Source: an uncultured Methanosarcinales archaeon | GTDB taxonomy: Archaea; Nanobdellota; Nanobdellia; Woesearchaeales; DSVV01 | Direction: 5' to 3' | Assembly (NCBI GenBank): GCA_964593285.1 | Contig: CAZQHZ010000015.1 | Coordinates: 1-32,658, forward strand | DNA length: 32,658 nt | In this document: positions 8,340 to 17,871 of the stretch, piece by piece | How the letters are laid out: every line of letters begins with the position of its first letter | Numbering within the stretch: position 1 is the first letter of the stretch | Notes under the pieces: generated by a model | Database searches by the model: none | What the model was told of the DNA's origin: nothing | What the model saw: the letters and a program-made list of their open reading frames with translations, nothing else | Position numbers and translations under genes: made by a program

Positions 8340-10469
8340 TCATCTGATTTTAGAATTGTCTTCCATATCTATATTTATTATTTCATTTTTTGTTTTTAAA
8401 AAATCATTTTTATAAAATATTTTTTTGTCTTTTACAATTATTTTTTCTTTTGAAAATTTTTTAAAATTAATTTTTTCTTCATTTAATTCATCTATTGAAT
8501 TTAAAAAAATTTTATCGCCAATTTCACTATTTTTTAATTCAATTATTTTAACATTTTTTTTATCATCTGCTGCAAGAACCATGCCTTGGCTCTCAATGTC
8601 TCTAATTTTCGCATAATCTAAATTTTTAACTAAAATTATCTTTTTATTTATTAATTCTTCAGGCTTATAATATTCTTTTAAACCTGCAACAACTTGTCTT
8701 TTTTCTTCTCCAATATCAATTTTTAAGATTAAAAGTTTTTCTGCATTTTCATGTTCTTTTGCATTAATTATTTTTCCAACAACTAAATTTAGTGGTAATT
8801 TTTCGTTTTTTTCATTTACTTGTAATTTTTCTTTATTATCTTTTTCTATTTTTTTTATTAAAATTTCAGGTTTATTTACAATAAATTTTTCATTTTCAAA
8901 ATCAATATTTTTCCATAATAATTCTTCTAAATTTAGTATATTTTCAATTTTTTTTGAAAATTTAGGTAGTATTGGTTTTATTGTTATTGCTAAGATTTTT
9001 ACAAGTTCAAGACAGAAAAATAAAACATTTTCTGTTTCTTTTTTATCTTCTTTTATTAAATCCCATGGTTTATTTGATTGGAAAAATTTGTTTCCAATAT
9101 CGCTAATTAATAACATTTTCTCTGTTGCTTTTTTAAAATTTATTTCTTCATAAGAATTATTTATTTCATTAGTTAATTTTTTAATTTCTATTTTTAATTC
9201 TTTTATTTTTTCATTTAATTTAGTATTCTTAGTTATATTATTATTTAATTTTCCATCAAAATTATTATATGAAAAACTAAGCGATCTATAGCAAAAATTG
9301 CTGATGTTTGCAATTAACTCATTGTTTATTTTTGAAATAAAACTTTCTTTATTATAATCAACATCACTAACTTTTTTTGAAAGCATTCTTGAAAAATAAA
9401 ATCTTAAATGCTCAGGAGAATTGTTTTTTGCAAATTCTTTTGCAGTAATGAATGTGTTTTTACTTTTACTCATTTTTTGATTATTTATTGTAATAAAACC
9501 ATGAACAACAATATCTTTTGGTAAGTTGTATTCTGCTGTAATTAACATTGCAGGCCAAAATAAGAAATGAAAATAAATGATATCTTTGCCAATAAAATGG
9601 ATTATGTCTGTATTGTTATTTTGCCAGTAATTTAATTTAGCATCACCTAAATTATTATCATTACAATATTTTTCTGTTGTTGAAATATAGCCAATTGGTG
9701 CATCCCACCAAACATAATAATAAAGATTGTCTTCATTTAATATTTTAAATCCAAAATATGGGCTATCTCTTGAAATATCCCAGTCTTCAAGACCTTCATC
9801 TATCCATTTTTTAACAGAGTTAATAATTTCTGGTTGTAAATTTTTATTAGAATTAAGCCATTCTTTTAGTTGCTTTGAAAATGCACTTAACTTAAAAAAA
9901 TAATGCTGTGTTTTTTTTTCTTTTGGAATACTTTCACATAATGCACATTTTGGTTCTAATAATTCAGTTGGCTTATGAGTATTTCCACATTTTTCACATA
10001 TATCTCCATATTGTTCACTTGCGTTACATTTTGAGCAGATTCCTTTAACATATCTATCTGGTAAAAATCTATTGCAATTATCACAAAATAATTGCGTAAT
10101 TTCTTTTTTGTAAATCAATTCTTTGCTTTTTGCAATTTTAAATAATTCGTCTGCATATTGTTTATTTTCTTTAGATTCAGTAATATAGTATTCATCAAAT
10201 TCAATTAAATATTTTTTAAAATCTTTAATGTGTTCTTTATAAGATTTTTCAACTAATTCAATTGGTGTTATGTTTTGTTTTCTTGCATTAATTTCAATTG
10301 GTGTTCCATGAGCATCATCTGCACAAAAATAGACAACATTTTTTTCTTTTAATTTTAAATATCTAACAAAAATGTCTGTTTGAATATACTCAAGTAAATG
10401 TCCTAAATGTAAACTTCCATTTGAATAAACTAATGCACTTGTAATTAATATTTTTTTATCTTTATCCAT
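8340..10469 (-). CDS. metG: Methionyl-tRNA synthetase with C-terminal tRNA-binding OB domain
   Basis: HLGH, DAHGTPI, four CxxC knuckles, WDISRD, KMSKS and ESQGMVLAA motifs. Confidence 0.97.
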   Translation of the reverse strand: MDKDKKILITSALVYSNGSLHLGHLLEYIQTDIFVRYLKLKEKNVVYFCADDAHGTPIEINARKQNITPIELVEKSYKEHIKDFKKYLIEFDEYYITESKENKQYADELFKIAKSKELIYKKEITQLFCDNCNRFLPDRYVKGICSKCNASEQYGDICEKCGNTHKPTELLEPKCALCESIPKEKKTQHYFFKLSAFSKQLKEWLNSNKNLQPEIINSVKKWIDEGLEDWDISRDSPYFGFKILNEDNLYYYVWWDAPIGYISTTEKYCNDNNLGDAKLNYWQNNNTDIIHFIGKDIIYFHFLFWPAMLITAEYNLPKDIVVHGFITINNQKMSKSKNTFITAKEFAKNNSPEHLRFYFSRMLSKKVSDVDYNKESFISKINNELIANISNFCYRSLSFSYNNFDGKLNNNITKNTKLNEKIKELKIEIKKLTNEINNSYEEINFKKATEKMLLISDIGNKFFQSNKPWDLIKEDKKETENVLFFCLELVKILAITIKPILPKFSKKIENILNLEELLWKNIDFENEKFIVNKPEILIKKIEKDNKEKLQVNEKNEKLPLNLVVGKIINAKEHENAEKLLILKIDIGEEKRQVVAGLKEYYKPEELINKKIILVKNLDYAKIRDIESQGMVLAADDKKNVKIIELKNSEIGDKIFLNSIDELNEEKINFKKFSKEKIIVKDKKIFYKNDFLKTKNEIINIDMEDNSKIR

Positions 10470-10531
10470 AAAAAATTGGTAATTTGTTTTATTTATAAAA
10501 TTTATTCAATAATTATTGAAAAAATAAATTT

Positions 10532-11527
10532 TTAGTTTTCATGTTTAAAAATTTCTATATAATTAATATTTAGTAATTCATAATCAACAAATAAACCTTC
10601 AACTTGAAATTTATTTACATTATTTGGTAATTTTTTACTATTTATATCAAATTGATAGGTTAATTTATAGCAATTATCTTTAAAATAAATTTCTCTACCA
10701 ATATGTTTTTGACATTCACTTTTATCATATGCAGTAACTCCTAAATAAATTAAATTAGAGCCATTGTTTGAAACATAATTATAATCATTAAGTATTAAAT
10801 TTTTTAAACTATCTTTTACTCTATTAAACCTATCATAAACTATTTCATTTTTGCTAATATCAAAATTTCCAACCTTTATTTTATCATCATTTATACTTAC
10901 TTTATCAATTATTTTTTTATTTACTGCATTATAATCTGTAAATTTATGATTTATAAATCCAAGTGTTAAAAAAAATAATGAAAAAAAAATAGCTATTGAA
11001 AAAAATACAATTAATAAAATTATTAGGATAGTTAAGCTTTTGTTTTTTGTTTTTTTAGTTTTTAGTTTTGTTTTATTTTTTTCTTCTATTTTTTTATTTT
11101 CTACATTTTTTGGCTCAAGTGGAATTATAATCCATGCGATTATATAAAATAAAAGACCACTGCCTCTTATAAAAAATAATATTACAAATATTAATCTTAC
11201 AATAACTGGGTCTATTTTAAAATAATTTGCAAGACCGCCACATACACCACCAATAATACTGTCTTTTCTTGATCTATATAATCTTTTTACTTCTCCATCT
11301 TTGGTTTTTGATATAATTTTTGTATCATTTGCATTAAAAATTAAATATATTATTGCTCCAATTATATTTAAAAAAATAATTATTAAAACCCAAATTATTT
11401 TTTCATCTGTTTCTTTTTTTGAAGTTATGCAATTAATTAATGCATAAATCCAAATAATTATTGAAATCAAAAAAATACCTAACATTATTGAGGAAATTCC
11501 TAAAAAAGTAAAATTTAAATCAAACAT
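10532..11527 (-). CDS. Membrane protein with PLDc_N-like hairpin, PspC domain and C-terminal soluble domain
   Basis: WIYALINC...KIIWVLIIIFLNIIGAIIY (PLDc_N-like); KRLYRSRKDSIIGGVCGGLANYFKIDPVIVR...YIIAWIIIP (PspC); ATG at 11527 with AGGTGA RBS. Confidence 0.85.
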   Translation of the reverse strand: MFDLNFTFLGISSIMLGIFLISIIIWIYALINCITSKKETDEKIIWVLIIIFLNIIGAIIYLIFNANDTKIISKTKDGEVKRLYRSRKDSIIGGVCGGLANYFKIDPVIVRLIFVILFFIRGSGLLFYIIAWIIIPLEPKNVENKKIEEKNKTKLKTKKTKNKSLTILIILLIVFFSIAIFFSLFFLTLGFINHKFTDYNAVNKKIIDKVSINDDKIKVGNFDISKNEIVYDRFNRVKDSLKNLILNDYNYVSNNGSNLIYLGVTAYDKSECQKHIGREIYFKDNCYKLTYQFDINSKKLPNNVNKFQVEGLFVDYELLNINYIEIFKHEN

Positions 11528-11655
11528 ATTTATCACCTATTTTGTTAATGTTATTTTATTTATTTAACTTATATTTAAATAAAATGAAATAATGTTCTAT
11601 ATTTTGTTTTGATTTAATAAAAATTTTTATATAATCATTAAAATCCCTAAAAAAT

Positions 11656-12327
11656 ATGTTTATACTAAATTTTATTGAAAAATTTCCATATCTTGAGTTT
11701 TTTTATACAGCATTAATTATTTTTATTTGTTTATTAATTTATATTAAAATTAAAAAAGCATATTTTTTTAGTAAACATATTGGTTTAAAATATTTTTATA
11801 ATGCGTTTTTATTTTTTGCAATTGCATTTTCTTTTAGGTTTATTTATTTTTTATCAAATAATTTTAAAGAATATTATTTATTTGAATTAATATTATATAA
11901 TGGATATATATTAATTTTATTTGAATTTTTCTTTTTACTTCCAGGATTTTATTTTTTAATGAGTTTTATATATAAACATATAAAAAATTATGAATTTATT
12001 TTATGGACTTTATTTATTCTAATTTTTTTTATGGTTTCATTAATTGATTATTATTATCATACTTTTTTTTTAATGTATATCTTAAATATTATAATCTTTT
12101 TATTAAATACAATTATTTGTTTTTTTAATTATTTAAAGAAAAGAGCAAAATATAGTAAATTTTATTTTATTGCAATGTTTTTATTATTAATTTCATGGAG
12201 TATTAATTTTTCAACTCAATATCTTCTTGATCAACTTCCTTTCTTGAGATATTATACATATGCAATAAATCTTTTTGCTTTATTTATTATTTATTATATT
12301 GTTTATAAAATTTTAAAGGATTTTTAA
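11656..12327 (+). CDS. Hypothetical multi-pass (~7 TM) membrane protein
   Basis: 223 aa of hydrophobic helices with short loops; KHIGLKYFYNAFLFF segment; TTTTATAT ~25 nt upstream. Confidence 0.75.
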   Translation: MFILNFIEKFPYLEFFYTALIIFICLLIYIKIKKAYFFSKHIGLKYFYNAFLFFAIAFSFRFIYFLSNNFKEYYLFELILYNGYILILFEFFFLLPGFYFLMSFIYKHIKNYEFILWTLFILIFFMVSLIDYYYHTFFLMYILNIIIFLLNTIICFFNYLKKRAKYSKFYFIAMFLLLISWSINFSTQYLLDQLPFLRYYTYAINLFALFIIYYIVYKILKDF

Positions 12328-12328
12328 A

Positions 12329-12601
12329 ATGAAAAAAAGGGAACGCTTAGATGTTATTAAAGATATATTACAAGCGATTAAAAATAATAATGGTAAAATT
12401 AAACCAACAAGGCTTTTATCTTCTTCAAATTTATCTTCTTTGTTATTTAAAGAATATATTAAGGAGCTTTTAGAATCAAAATTGATTGATGAAATTAAAG
12501 ATAAAAAAGGAAAAAAATATTATGTTGTTTTAGAAAAGGGTGATGAATTTTTGGTAAAATATTTTGCATTTAATAGATTTGTTAATGATTTAGGATTGTA
12601 A
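12329..12601 (+). CDS. Small winged-helix transcriptional regulator (HTH_45-like)
   Basis: KRERLDVIKDIL, KPTRLLSSSNLS, YIKELLESKLI and YVVLEKG; 1 nt after upstream stop. Confidence 0.85.
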   Translation: MKKRERLDVIKDILQAIKNNNGKIKPTRLLSSSNLSSLLFKEYIKELLESKLIDEIKDKKGKKYYVVLEKGDEFLVKYFAFNRFVNDLGL

Positions 12602-12686
12602 TTGTCATTTTATTTTTTTAATAATTTCTAATTAAAGTATTTATTTTTTCATAAACTTTATATTTAATTTAAAATTCTTTAAATTG

Positions 12687-14624
12687 ATGGGAAAAAAAGA
12701 AAAATTCATTCCAAAATTTAATTTTTCTCCAAAAGGAAGTCAGCCTGATGCTATTAACAAACTATTAAACGGGTTAAAAAAAAAACAAAGGTTTCAAACA
12801 TTACTTGGAGCTACAGGCTCTGGAAAAACTTTTACTATGGCTAATATCATAAAAGAAATAAATAAACCAACTTTAATTATTGCACATAATAAAACACTTG
12901 CAGCACAGCTTTATAATGAGTTTAAAGATTTTTTTCCAGAAAATAGGATTGAATATTTTGTTTCATATTATGATTATTATCAACCTGAAAGTTATCTTCC
13001 ACAAAAAGATCAATATATTGAAAAAGATGCACAAATAAATCCTAAAATAGAACAGATGAGGCTTTCATCAACTGCATCTATTTTATCTAGAAACGATGTA
13101 ATTGTTGTTGCTAGTGTTTCTTGTATTTATGGTCTTGGAAATCCTGAAAATTTTAAAAATTTAGGTTTTGAAATTAAAAAAAATATGAAAATTAAAAGAC
13201 AAGATATTTTAATGAAATTAATTAATATTCAGTTTGAGCGAAATGATACAGAATTAATGAAAGGAAGATTTAGAGTTAGAGGAAATATTATTGATTTTAT
13301 TCCTGGGTATTATGATGATATTATTAGAATTGAAATGAGTAATGATAAAATTTTAAAGATTTATGATGTTGAAAAAACAAGTGGTAAGATAACTAATGAA
13401 CTAGATTATTTTTATGTATATCCTGCAAAGCATTTTGTAACTGAACATAGTCAATTAAAAAAAGCAATAAATTCTATAAAAAAAGAATTACATGAAACTT
13501 TGCCTAAATTAGATCTAATTGAAAAACATAGATTAAAACAAAAAACGATGTATGATATTGAGATTTTAAATGAAACAGGGCACTGCAAAGGAATTGAAAA
13601 TTATTCAAGGCATTTTGATTTTAGAAAAAAAGGAGAAAAACCATATGTACTACTTGATTATTTTGGTGATGATTTTTTAATGATAATTGATGAAAGCCAT
13701 CAAACATTGCCTCAATTAAATGCTATGTATAAAGGAGATTATTCAAGGAAGAAAAATCTTGTTGATTATGGTTTTAGGCTTCCAAGTGCCTTTGATAATA
13801 GACCATTAAAATTTAATGAATTTGAAAAATATATGAAAAATACAATTTTTGTTTCAGCAACTCCTGGCGAGTATGAATTAAATAAATCATCACAAATAGT
13901 TGAGCAAATTATTAGACCAACAGGATTAGTTGATCCAAAAGTTATAATAAAACCAACAAAGAATCAAATTATTGATATTAAAAAAGAAATTAAAAATACA
14001 ATTAAAAAGAAAAATAGAATTTTACTTACAACATTAACAAAAAAATTAGCAGAAGAATTAACTGATTATCTTGGAAATGAAGGAATTAAAACAAGATATT
14101 TACATTCTGAAATTGACACTTTAGAGAGAAGTGAAATTATTCGTGAATTAAGACTTGGAAAATTTGATTGTTTAGTTGGAATAAATTTACTCAGAGAAGG
14201 CCTTGATATTCCTGAAGTTGGTTTTATTGGAATACTTGATGCTGATAAGGAAGGGTTTTTACGAGATTATAAAAGTTTGATTCAAATAATTGGAAGAGCT
14301 GCTAGAAATTTAGATTCAAAGGTAGTTTTATATGCAGATAAAATAACTGATTCTATGAAAAAAGCAATTAATGAAACTAATAGACGACGATTACTTCAAA
14401 TTGAATTTAATCAAAAACATAATATAAAACCCAAAACAATAATTAAACCAATAAAAGAAAAACAAGTTGAAATAAAAGATGTTAAAAATATACCAAAAGG
14501 ACAAATCCCAAATTTATTAATTGAATTAGAAGAAGATATGAAAGTTGCTGCAGAAAAGTTAGATTTTGAAAAAGCAATTATGCTTAGGGATAAAATAAAT
14601 AAATTAAAAGACAAGGTTAAATGA
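12687..14624 (+). CDS. uvrB: Excinuclease ABC subunit B
   Basis: GATGSGKT, HNKTLAAQL, FVSYYDYYQPE, DESH, GINLLREGLD, GRAARN and C-terminal UVR domain. Confidence 0.98.
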   Translation: MGKKEKFIPKFNFSPKGSQPDAINKLLNGLKKKQRFQTLLGATGSGKTFTMANIIKEINKPTLIIAHNKTLAAQLYNEFKDFFPENRIEYFVSYYDYYQPESYLPQKDQYIEKDAQINPKIEQMRLSSTASILSRNDVIVVASVSCIYGLGNPENFKNLGFEIKKNMKIKRQDILMKLINIQFERNDTELMKGRFRVRGNIIDFIPGYYDDIIRIEMSNDKILKIYDVEKTSGKITNELDYFYVYPAKHFVTEHSQLKKAINSIKKELHETLPKLDLIEKHRLKQKTMYDIEILNETGHCKGIENYSRHFDFRKKGEKPYVLLDYFGDDFLMIIDESHQTLPQLNAMYKGDYSRKKNLVDYGFRLPSAFDNRPLKFNEFEKYMKNTIFVSATPGEYELNKSSQIVEQIIRPTGLVDPKVIIKPTKNQIIDIKKEIKNTIKKKNRILLTTLTKKLAEELTDYLGNEGIKTRYLHSEIDTLERSEIIRELRLGKFDCLVGINLLREGLDIPEVGFIGILDADKEGFLRDYKSLIQIIGRAARNLDSKVVLYADKITDSMKKAINETNRRRLLQIEFNQKHNIKPKTIIKPIKEKQVEIKDVKNIPKGQIPNLLIELEEDMKVAAEKLDFEKAIMLRDKINKLKDKVK

Positions 14625-14897
14625 ATTTAGGTTAATATCTTTTCTATTTATTTATAGATTTGTAAACTATTTATTAGATTTAGACATAAAGTGTTTCTTT
14701 TTGCTTCTTCAATTGTTTTAGCGTCATTTCAAAAATACTATATTAGATTTAGATTGCTTGAAATATTGGTTCAATATAGGCTTCTTTTGAAATTTAAATA
14801 TCTAAAAAAGTGTGTTGATTATTTGTTTTTTAGAATTATTAAAAATCTTTCAATTTTTTAAAGAAAAGTTTATTAATTGTTTATTACTAATAATATT

Positions 14898-14993
14898 ATG
14901 CTAAAAAAATTAATATTCAAAAAACCTTAGAAAACAAAACAATTATTAACTGGCAGGATTAGATTAAAGTATCAATATACCAAAAAATGGTAA
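14898..14993 (+). pseudogene. Gene scar; tail resembles a type I R-M HsdS C-terminus
   Basis: One frame reads MLKKLIFKKP*KTKQLLTGRIRLKYQYTKKW*; QLLTGRIRL matches the usual HsdS end (QLLTGKxR). Confidence 0.4.
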
Positions 14994-15013
14994 AATCTTA
15001 CCAAAAAATGGTA
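14978..15013 (+). promoter_or_regulatory. Tandem palindromic operator, TACCA-N5-TGGTA x2
   Basis: Identical 15-mers TACCAAAAAATGGTA at 14978-14992 and 14999-15013, directly upstream of the TTTAAAAA TATA box of the MNT gene. Confidence 0.7.
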
Positions 15014-15047
15014 AACTTTAAAAACTAGCTAATATATCAACACTAAA

Positions 15048-15620
15048 ATGAAAGCAGAAGATAAAATTTACAAAGTATTTTTTGAATTACAAGAGCCAAA
15101 GCTCTATTATAATCAGATTAAAGAGCATTCAAAACTATCTCATAGTTCACTTCAAAACTCAATAGAAAAATTAAAAAAATCAAACATTATAGAAGAAGAA
15201 AAAACAAAATCAAATACCTTCTACAAGATAAACGATAAAAAGCTGTTTGCATTAAAATTTTCTGAAATAGCAATAACTAAATTTAATAAATTAAAATCTA
15301 ATATTAAAACTCCCTTGAACAATTTTTTAAAACACCTCCCCGAAGAAATATACACTATAATCCTTTTTGGTTCAGCATCAAGAGGTGAAGAAATAAAAGA
15401 TAGCGATATTGACTTATTAATTATATCAAACAAAAAGCAAAACCTTTCAAAAAATAAAAAAGAAGCAGAAATCACTTCAAAATATCCAATATCTTTATTT
15501 CAAGCAACAACTTCACAATTTAAACAAAATAAAGATGATGTAATAATTCAGGCAAGAAAAACAGGATTTCCAATATACAAGGAACAAAATTTTTACGAGG
15601 TACTTTTAGATGGATATTAA
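15048..15620 (+). CDS. wHTH plus minimal nucleotidyltransferase (MntA-like antitoxin)
   Basis: N-terminal wHTH (LSHSSLQNSIEKL...NTFYKI); ILFGSASRGE...SDIDLLII. Confidence 0.9.
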   Translation: MKAEDKIYKVFFELQEPKLYYNQIKEHSKLSHSSLQNSIEKLKKSNIIEEEKTKSNTFYKINDKKLFALKFSEIAITKFNKLKSNIKTPLNNFLKHLPEEIYTIILFGSASRGEEIKDSDIDLLIISNKKQNLSKNKKEAEITSKYPISLFQATTSQFKQNKDDVIIQARKTGFPIYKEQNFYEVLLDGY

Positions 15621-16107
15621 AAGATTATTTGAAGATGAAAAATATCTTAAAAAAGAATTAAAGTTTTTCATAAATAAAAAACAAATAAAAATTATTAAGC
15701 AAAACAAAGAACTAGTAAAATCACATATAAAAAAAGCAAGGCATAATCTTGAATTTTATAACCTCAACAAAAAATACAATAAATTTAACGATTGGCTTAT
15801 TGTAACTTTATATTATTCACTATATCATTCAGCTTTAGCATTAATAACAAATAAAAATTATACTTCAAAAAATCATTATGCAACAATACTTATACTAATC
15901 AAAGAATACAAAATCACAAAACAAGAAGTTGAATTGTTAAACGAGCTTTCTATCAACAAAGAAGATGCAGAACTTTATACAAGATTAAAAGACGATAGGC
16001 ACGATGCAAGCTATCAAACAGATATAAAATTTAATGAACAAAAAATAAAAGAATATGAAGACAAGGTCTTTGAATTCATAAATAAAACTGAAGAACTGAT
16101 AAAATGA
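15610..16107 (+). CDS. HEPN domain protein (toxin partner of MNT)
   Basis: KARHNL, W.IVTLYYSLYHSALAL, SKNH and RHDASY (Rx4Y); overlaps MNT by 11 nt. Confidence 0.88.
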   Translation: MDIKRLFEDEKYLKKELKFFINKKQIKIIKQNKELVKSHIKKARHNLEFYNLNKKYNKFNDWLIVTLYYSLYHSALALITNKNYTSKNHYATILILIKEYKITKQEVELLNELSINKEDAELYTRLKDDRHDASYQTDIKFNEQKIKEYEDKVFEFINKTEELIK

Positions 16108-16143
16108 ATGTAGCGCAAATTAAAAGAAAAAGGAATATTAAAA

Positions 16144-16177
16144 AGAGTTGGTTCAGATAAAGCAGGTTATTGGAAAA
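16144..16177 (+). repeat. 34-bp direct repeat, copy 1 (in wHTH-tail remnant 16114-16191)
   Basis: AGAGTTGGTTCAGATAAAGCAGGTTATTGGAAAA, identical to 17827-17860. Confidence 0.9.
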
Positions 16178-16188
16178 TAACAAATAAA

Positions 16189-16479
16189 TAAAAGCTTTCA
16201 TTATGTTTGTATTATTTACAACATCATTATTTAATAATCAAGAAAGCATTAAAACTCCTTGCTCTGTAAATACATAATGTAAATATCTTCTAAAACCCAA
16301 ACTTGAGGTAACAAATTGGCACCTCCGATTTTTAAATTCTTCATTATTTAATTCAAAGCAATAATTATCTGGAAATCTTTTATTATTTCGTTTTACAGAT
16401 TTATTTAAATCTATAGTTTCAATTTTATAAAATTTAGCTAAATCATAATCTAGCATTTCTCTAATAGTATAAATCTTTT
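16189..16479 (-). pseudogene. ORF6N (KilA-N-like) DNA-binding domain pseudogene
   Basis: KIYTIRE-MLDYDLAKFY...VKRNNKRFP...FTEQGVLMLS*LLNN...IMKAF: short deletion before MLD and premature TGA with homology continuing past it. Confidence 0.8.
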
Positions 16480-16571
16480 TTAATTAATTCAAAAAAAACA
16501 GAAAAAATTTTAACCACACTGGACAAGTATAAGTGAAGTATTTAAATATGTATTAATATTACCTATATTAA

Positions 16572-16638
16572 ATGAAAATGAAATTATTCCATGATAAAAA
16601 AGTCAAGGTTAGATGAAAATGAAGAAAAATAGTATTTG
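16572..16638 (+). pseudogene. Bro-N-like N-terminal remnant
   Basis: MKMKLFHDKKV then frameshifted DENEEK*Y, resembling KLFxxKKVRxxWDxxxEKWYF; TATA at 16541-16548. Confidence 0.45.
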
Positions 16639-16724
16639 CTTACAACTTTCAAAGCAAAATGTTAAGAGAAATTGCAGATAATGTAAAAACAAATCGATAT
16701 AGATTTTATAAAAAGGTATTAAAA

Positions 16725-17765
16725 ATGAAAAATAATAAAGATATTTCAATTAAATCATCAACTGGGAAATATTTGACATTTGTAGCATCTACGGGCAACC
16801 AAAAAACATCAATTGAAATGAGATATGAAGATGAAAATATATGGATGACTCAAAAAATGATAGCAGAATTATATGGCGTCTCAATTCCTGCAATCAATCA
16901 ACATATAAAAACACTAATTGAAAATCATGAACTAGATATTGCAACTATTAAGAAATTCTTAATAGTTCAAAAAGAAGGAACTAGGAAAGTCAAAAGAGAA
17001 CAAGAACACTACAACTTACAAGCAATTATTTCTATAGGATTTAAAATTGAAAACGAAAGAGCAGTTCAATTTCGTAAATGGGCAAGACAAATAGTAAAAG
17101 ATTACACTATTCAAGGTTGGACTATGGATGAAGATCGTTTTAAACAAGCCAATCAATTTGATAAAGAATTCTTTAATCGTCAGTTACAAAAAATCAGAGA
17201 GATAAGAGCAAGTGAAAGAATGTTTTATCAAAAAGTTACTGATATATATGCAACAAGTGTTGATTATGACCCAATGGCACAAACTACAATCAAATTTTTT
17301 AAAATAGTACAAAATAAACTTCATTATGCAGTTCATAGACATACTGCACCAGAATTAATATATAAAAGAGCAAATGCAAATAAAAAAAATATGGGTTTAA
17401 CCACTTGGAATGATGCTCCTTTAGGTAAAATTCAAAAATTTGATGTAGCTATTGCAAAGAATTATTTAACTAATAAAGAAATACGTTTTTTAGAAAGACT
17501 TGTAACTATGTATTTAGATTATGCAGAAATGCAAGCAGAAAGAAATATTCCTATGACTATGGAAGATTGGATAAAACGATTAGATTCATTTATAGAGTTT
17601 AATGGACAAAAACTATTAATGGATAAAGGAAAAATTAGTCATGAACAAGCAAAATTATATGCAGAAACCCAATTTGAAAAATATAGAGTTGTTCAAGATA
17701 GATTATTTGAAAATGATTTTGATCGTTTTTTAAAACTTAAAGATATGACTAAAAAGAAAAATTAA
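16725..17765 (+). CDS. Virulence RhuM family protein
   Basis: WMTQKMIAELY, HYNLQAIISIG, FRKWA, IREIRASERMFYQKVTDIYA, VQNKLHYA and AKNYL; ATG at 16725 preferred over 16659. Confidence 0.92.
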   Translation: MKNNKDISIKSSTGKYLTFVASTGNQKTSIEMRYEDENIWMTQKMIAELYGVSIPAINQHIKTLIENHELDIATIKKFLIVQKEGTRKVKREQEHYNLQAIISIGFKIENERAVQFRKWARQIVKDYTIQGWTMDEDRFKQANQFDKEFFNRQLQKIREIRASERMFYQKVTDIYATSVDYDPMAQTTIKFFKIVQNKLHYAVHRHTAPELIYKRANANKKNMGLTTWNDAPLGKIQKFDVAIAKNYLTNKEIRFLERLVTMYLDYAEMQAERNIPMTMEDWIKRLDSFIEFNGQKLLMDKGKISHEQAKLYAETQFEKYRVVQDRLFENDFDRFLKLKDMTKKKN

Positions 17766-17766
17766 G

Positions 17767-17868
17767 ATGGTAGGATTTAACTTTGAAAAAAACATTGAAA
17801 AACTAAAACATACAGGAAAGATAGTCAGAGTTGGTTCAGATAAAGCAGGTTATTGGAAAAATACATAA
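17767..17868 (+). pseudogene. 33-codon wHTH-tail remnant carrying repeat copy 2
   Basis: MVGFNFEKNIEKLKHTGKIVRVGSDKAGYWKNT*, like the C-terminal wing of Fic or AlbA_2-ATPase wHTH proteins. Confidence 0.55.
17827..17860 (+). repeat. 34-bp direct repeat, copy 2
   Basis: Identical to 16144-16177. Confidence 0.9.
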
Positions 17869-17871
17869 ATA

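Noticed and set aside
14641..14830. Possible decayed minus-strand gene after uvrB
   Set aside because: Multiple stops and no recognisable motif; cannot be supported.
16659..16724. 22-aa N-terminal extension of RhuM in the ORF track
   Set aside because: RhuM similarity begins at the ATG at 16725; the extension is probably another gene remnant that I could not assign.
16144..17860. 34-bp repeat as a CRISPR array
   Set aside because: Only two copies 1.7 kb apart, in-frame coding character, no spacers or cas genes.
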